DNA from: Armatimonadia bacterium | GTDB taxonomy: Bacteria > Armatimonadota > Zipacnadia > Zipacnadales > UBA11051 | Direction of reading: 5' to 3' | Length of the DNA: 34,444 bases | NCBI GenBank assembly: GCA_039683575.1 | Contig: JBDKRC010000350.1 | Span: forward strand, 1-34,444 | Part shown: positions 34,321 to 34,444 of the stretch, piece after piece | How positions within the stretch are numbered: the stretch's first letter is position 1 | Layout: each line of letters begins with the position of its first letter | Program-made: the position numbers and the translations under genes | Notes under the pieces: model-generated | Told to the model about the DNA's origin: nothing | Databases searched by the model: none | Seen by the model: only the letters and a program-made list of their open reading frames with translations

Positions 34321-34444
34321 TGTCGCTGCCAAGTAGTAATGTCCCTCTTGTGCAAAGTAGAAATGTCCCTTCGGCGAACTGAAGGGTATGAAGTTACTGA
34401 TGAGCCACAAGGAACGCAACTACAGCAAGGTACTCGAGCAGCTT
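34321..34444 (+). mobile_element. Left end of an IS1202/ISNCY-like insertion sequence (truncated by the window)
   Basis: Starts with TGT at 34321. Two subterminal direct repeats, AAGTAG(T/A)AATGTCCCT (34331-34346 and 34355-34370), precede a transposase-like start. Confidence 0.7.
34388..34444 (+). CDS. Transposase N-terminus (partial), IS1202/ISNCY-like
   Basis: ATG34388 after GAAGGG gives MKLLMSHKERNYSKVLEQL..., resembling the MSxKExxRxxVL start of these transposases. Only 19 codons are visible. Confidence 0.6.
   Translation, partial: MKLLMSHKERNYSKVLEQL

Overview
High-GC bacterial chromosomal window. The gene content suggests a Terrabacteria lineage such as Armatimonadota, but that is inference only. 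From left to right it holds: two roadblock/MglB-like genes, a small Cys-rich ORF missed by the ORF track, rpe, and a Gfo/Idh/MocA oxidoreductase. Next is a division/cell-wall (dcw) cluster, mraZ-rsmH-[566 bp gap]-ftsL-ftsI-murE-murF-mraY-murD-ftsW-murG-murC-ftsQ-ftsA, which lacks murB, ddl and ftsZ. An orphan double zinc-finger anti-sigma gene sits where ftsZ usually is. Then come a heparinase II/III-like gene, TPR and CBM genes, ppk2, a ~0.95 kb segment flanked by a duplicated ppk2 5' end, a MoxR-DUF58-transglutaminase-TPR operon interrupted by REP-type repeats, and the left end of an IS1202/ISNCY-like element. The best candidate for something undescribed is the rsmH-ftsL gap. It folds on the + strand into a large multi-domain RNA, including a ~24-bp helix closing a ~190-nt A/C-rich loop. 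It lies directly behind an RsmH whose normally near-invariant motifs are systematically altered. All calls come from reading the sequence by eye; no searches or folding programs were run.
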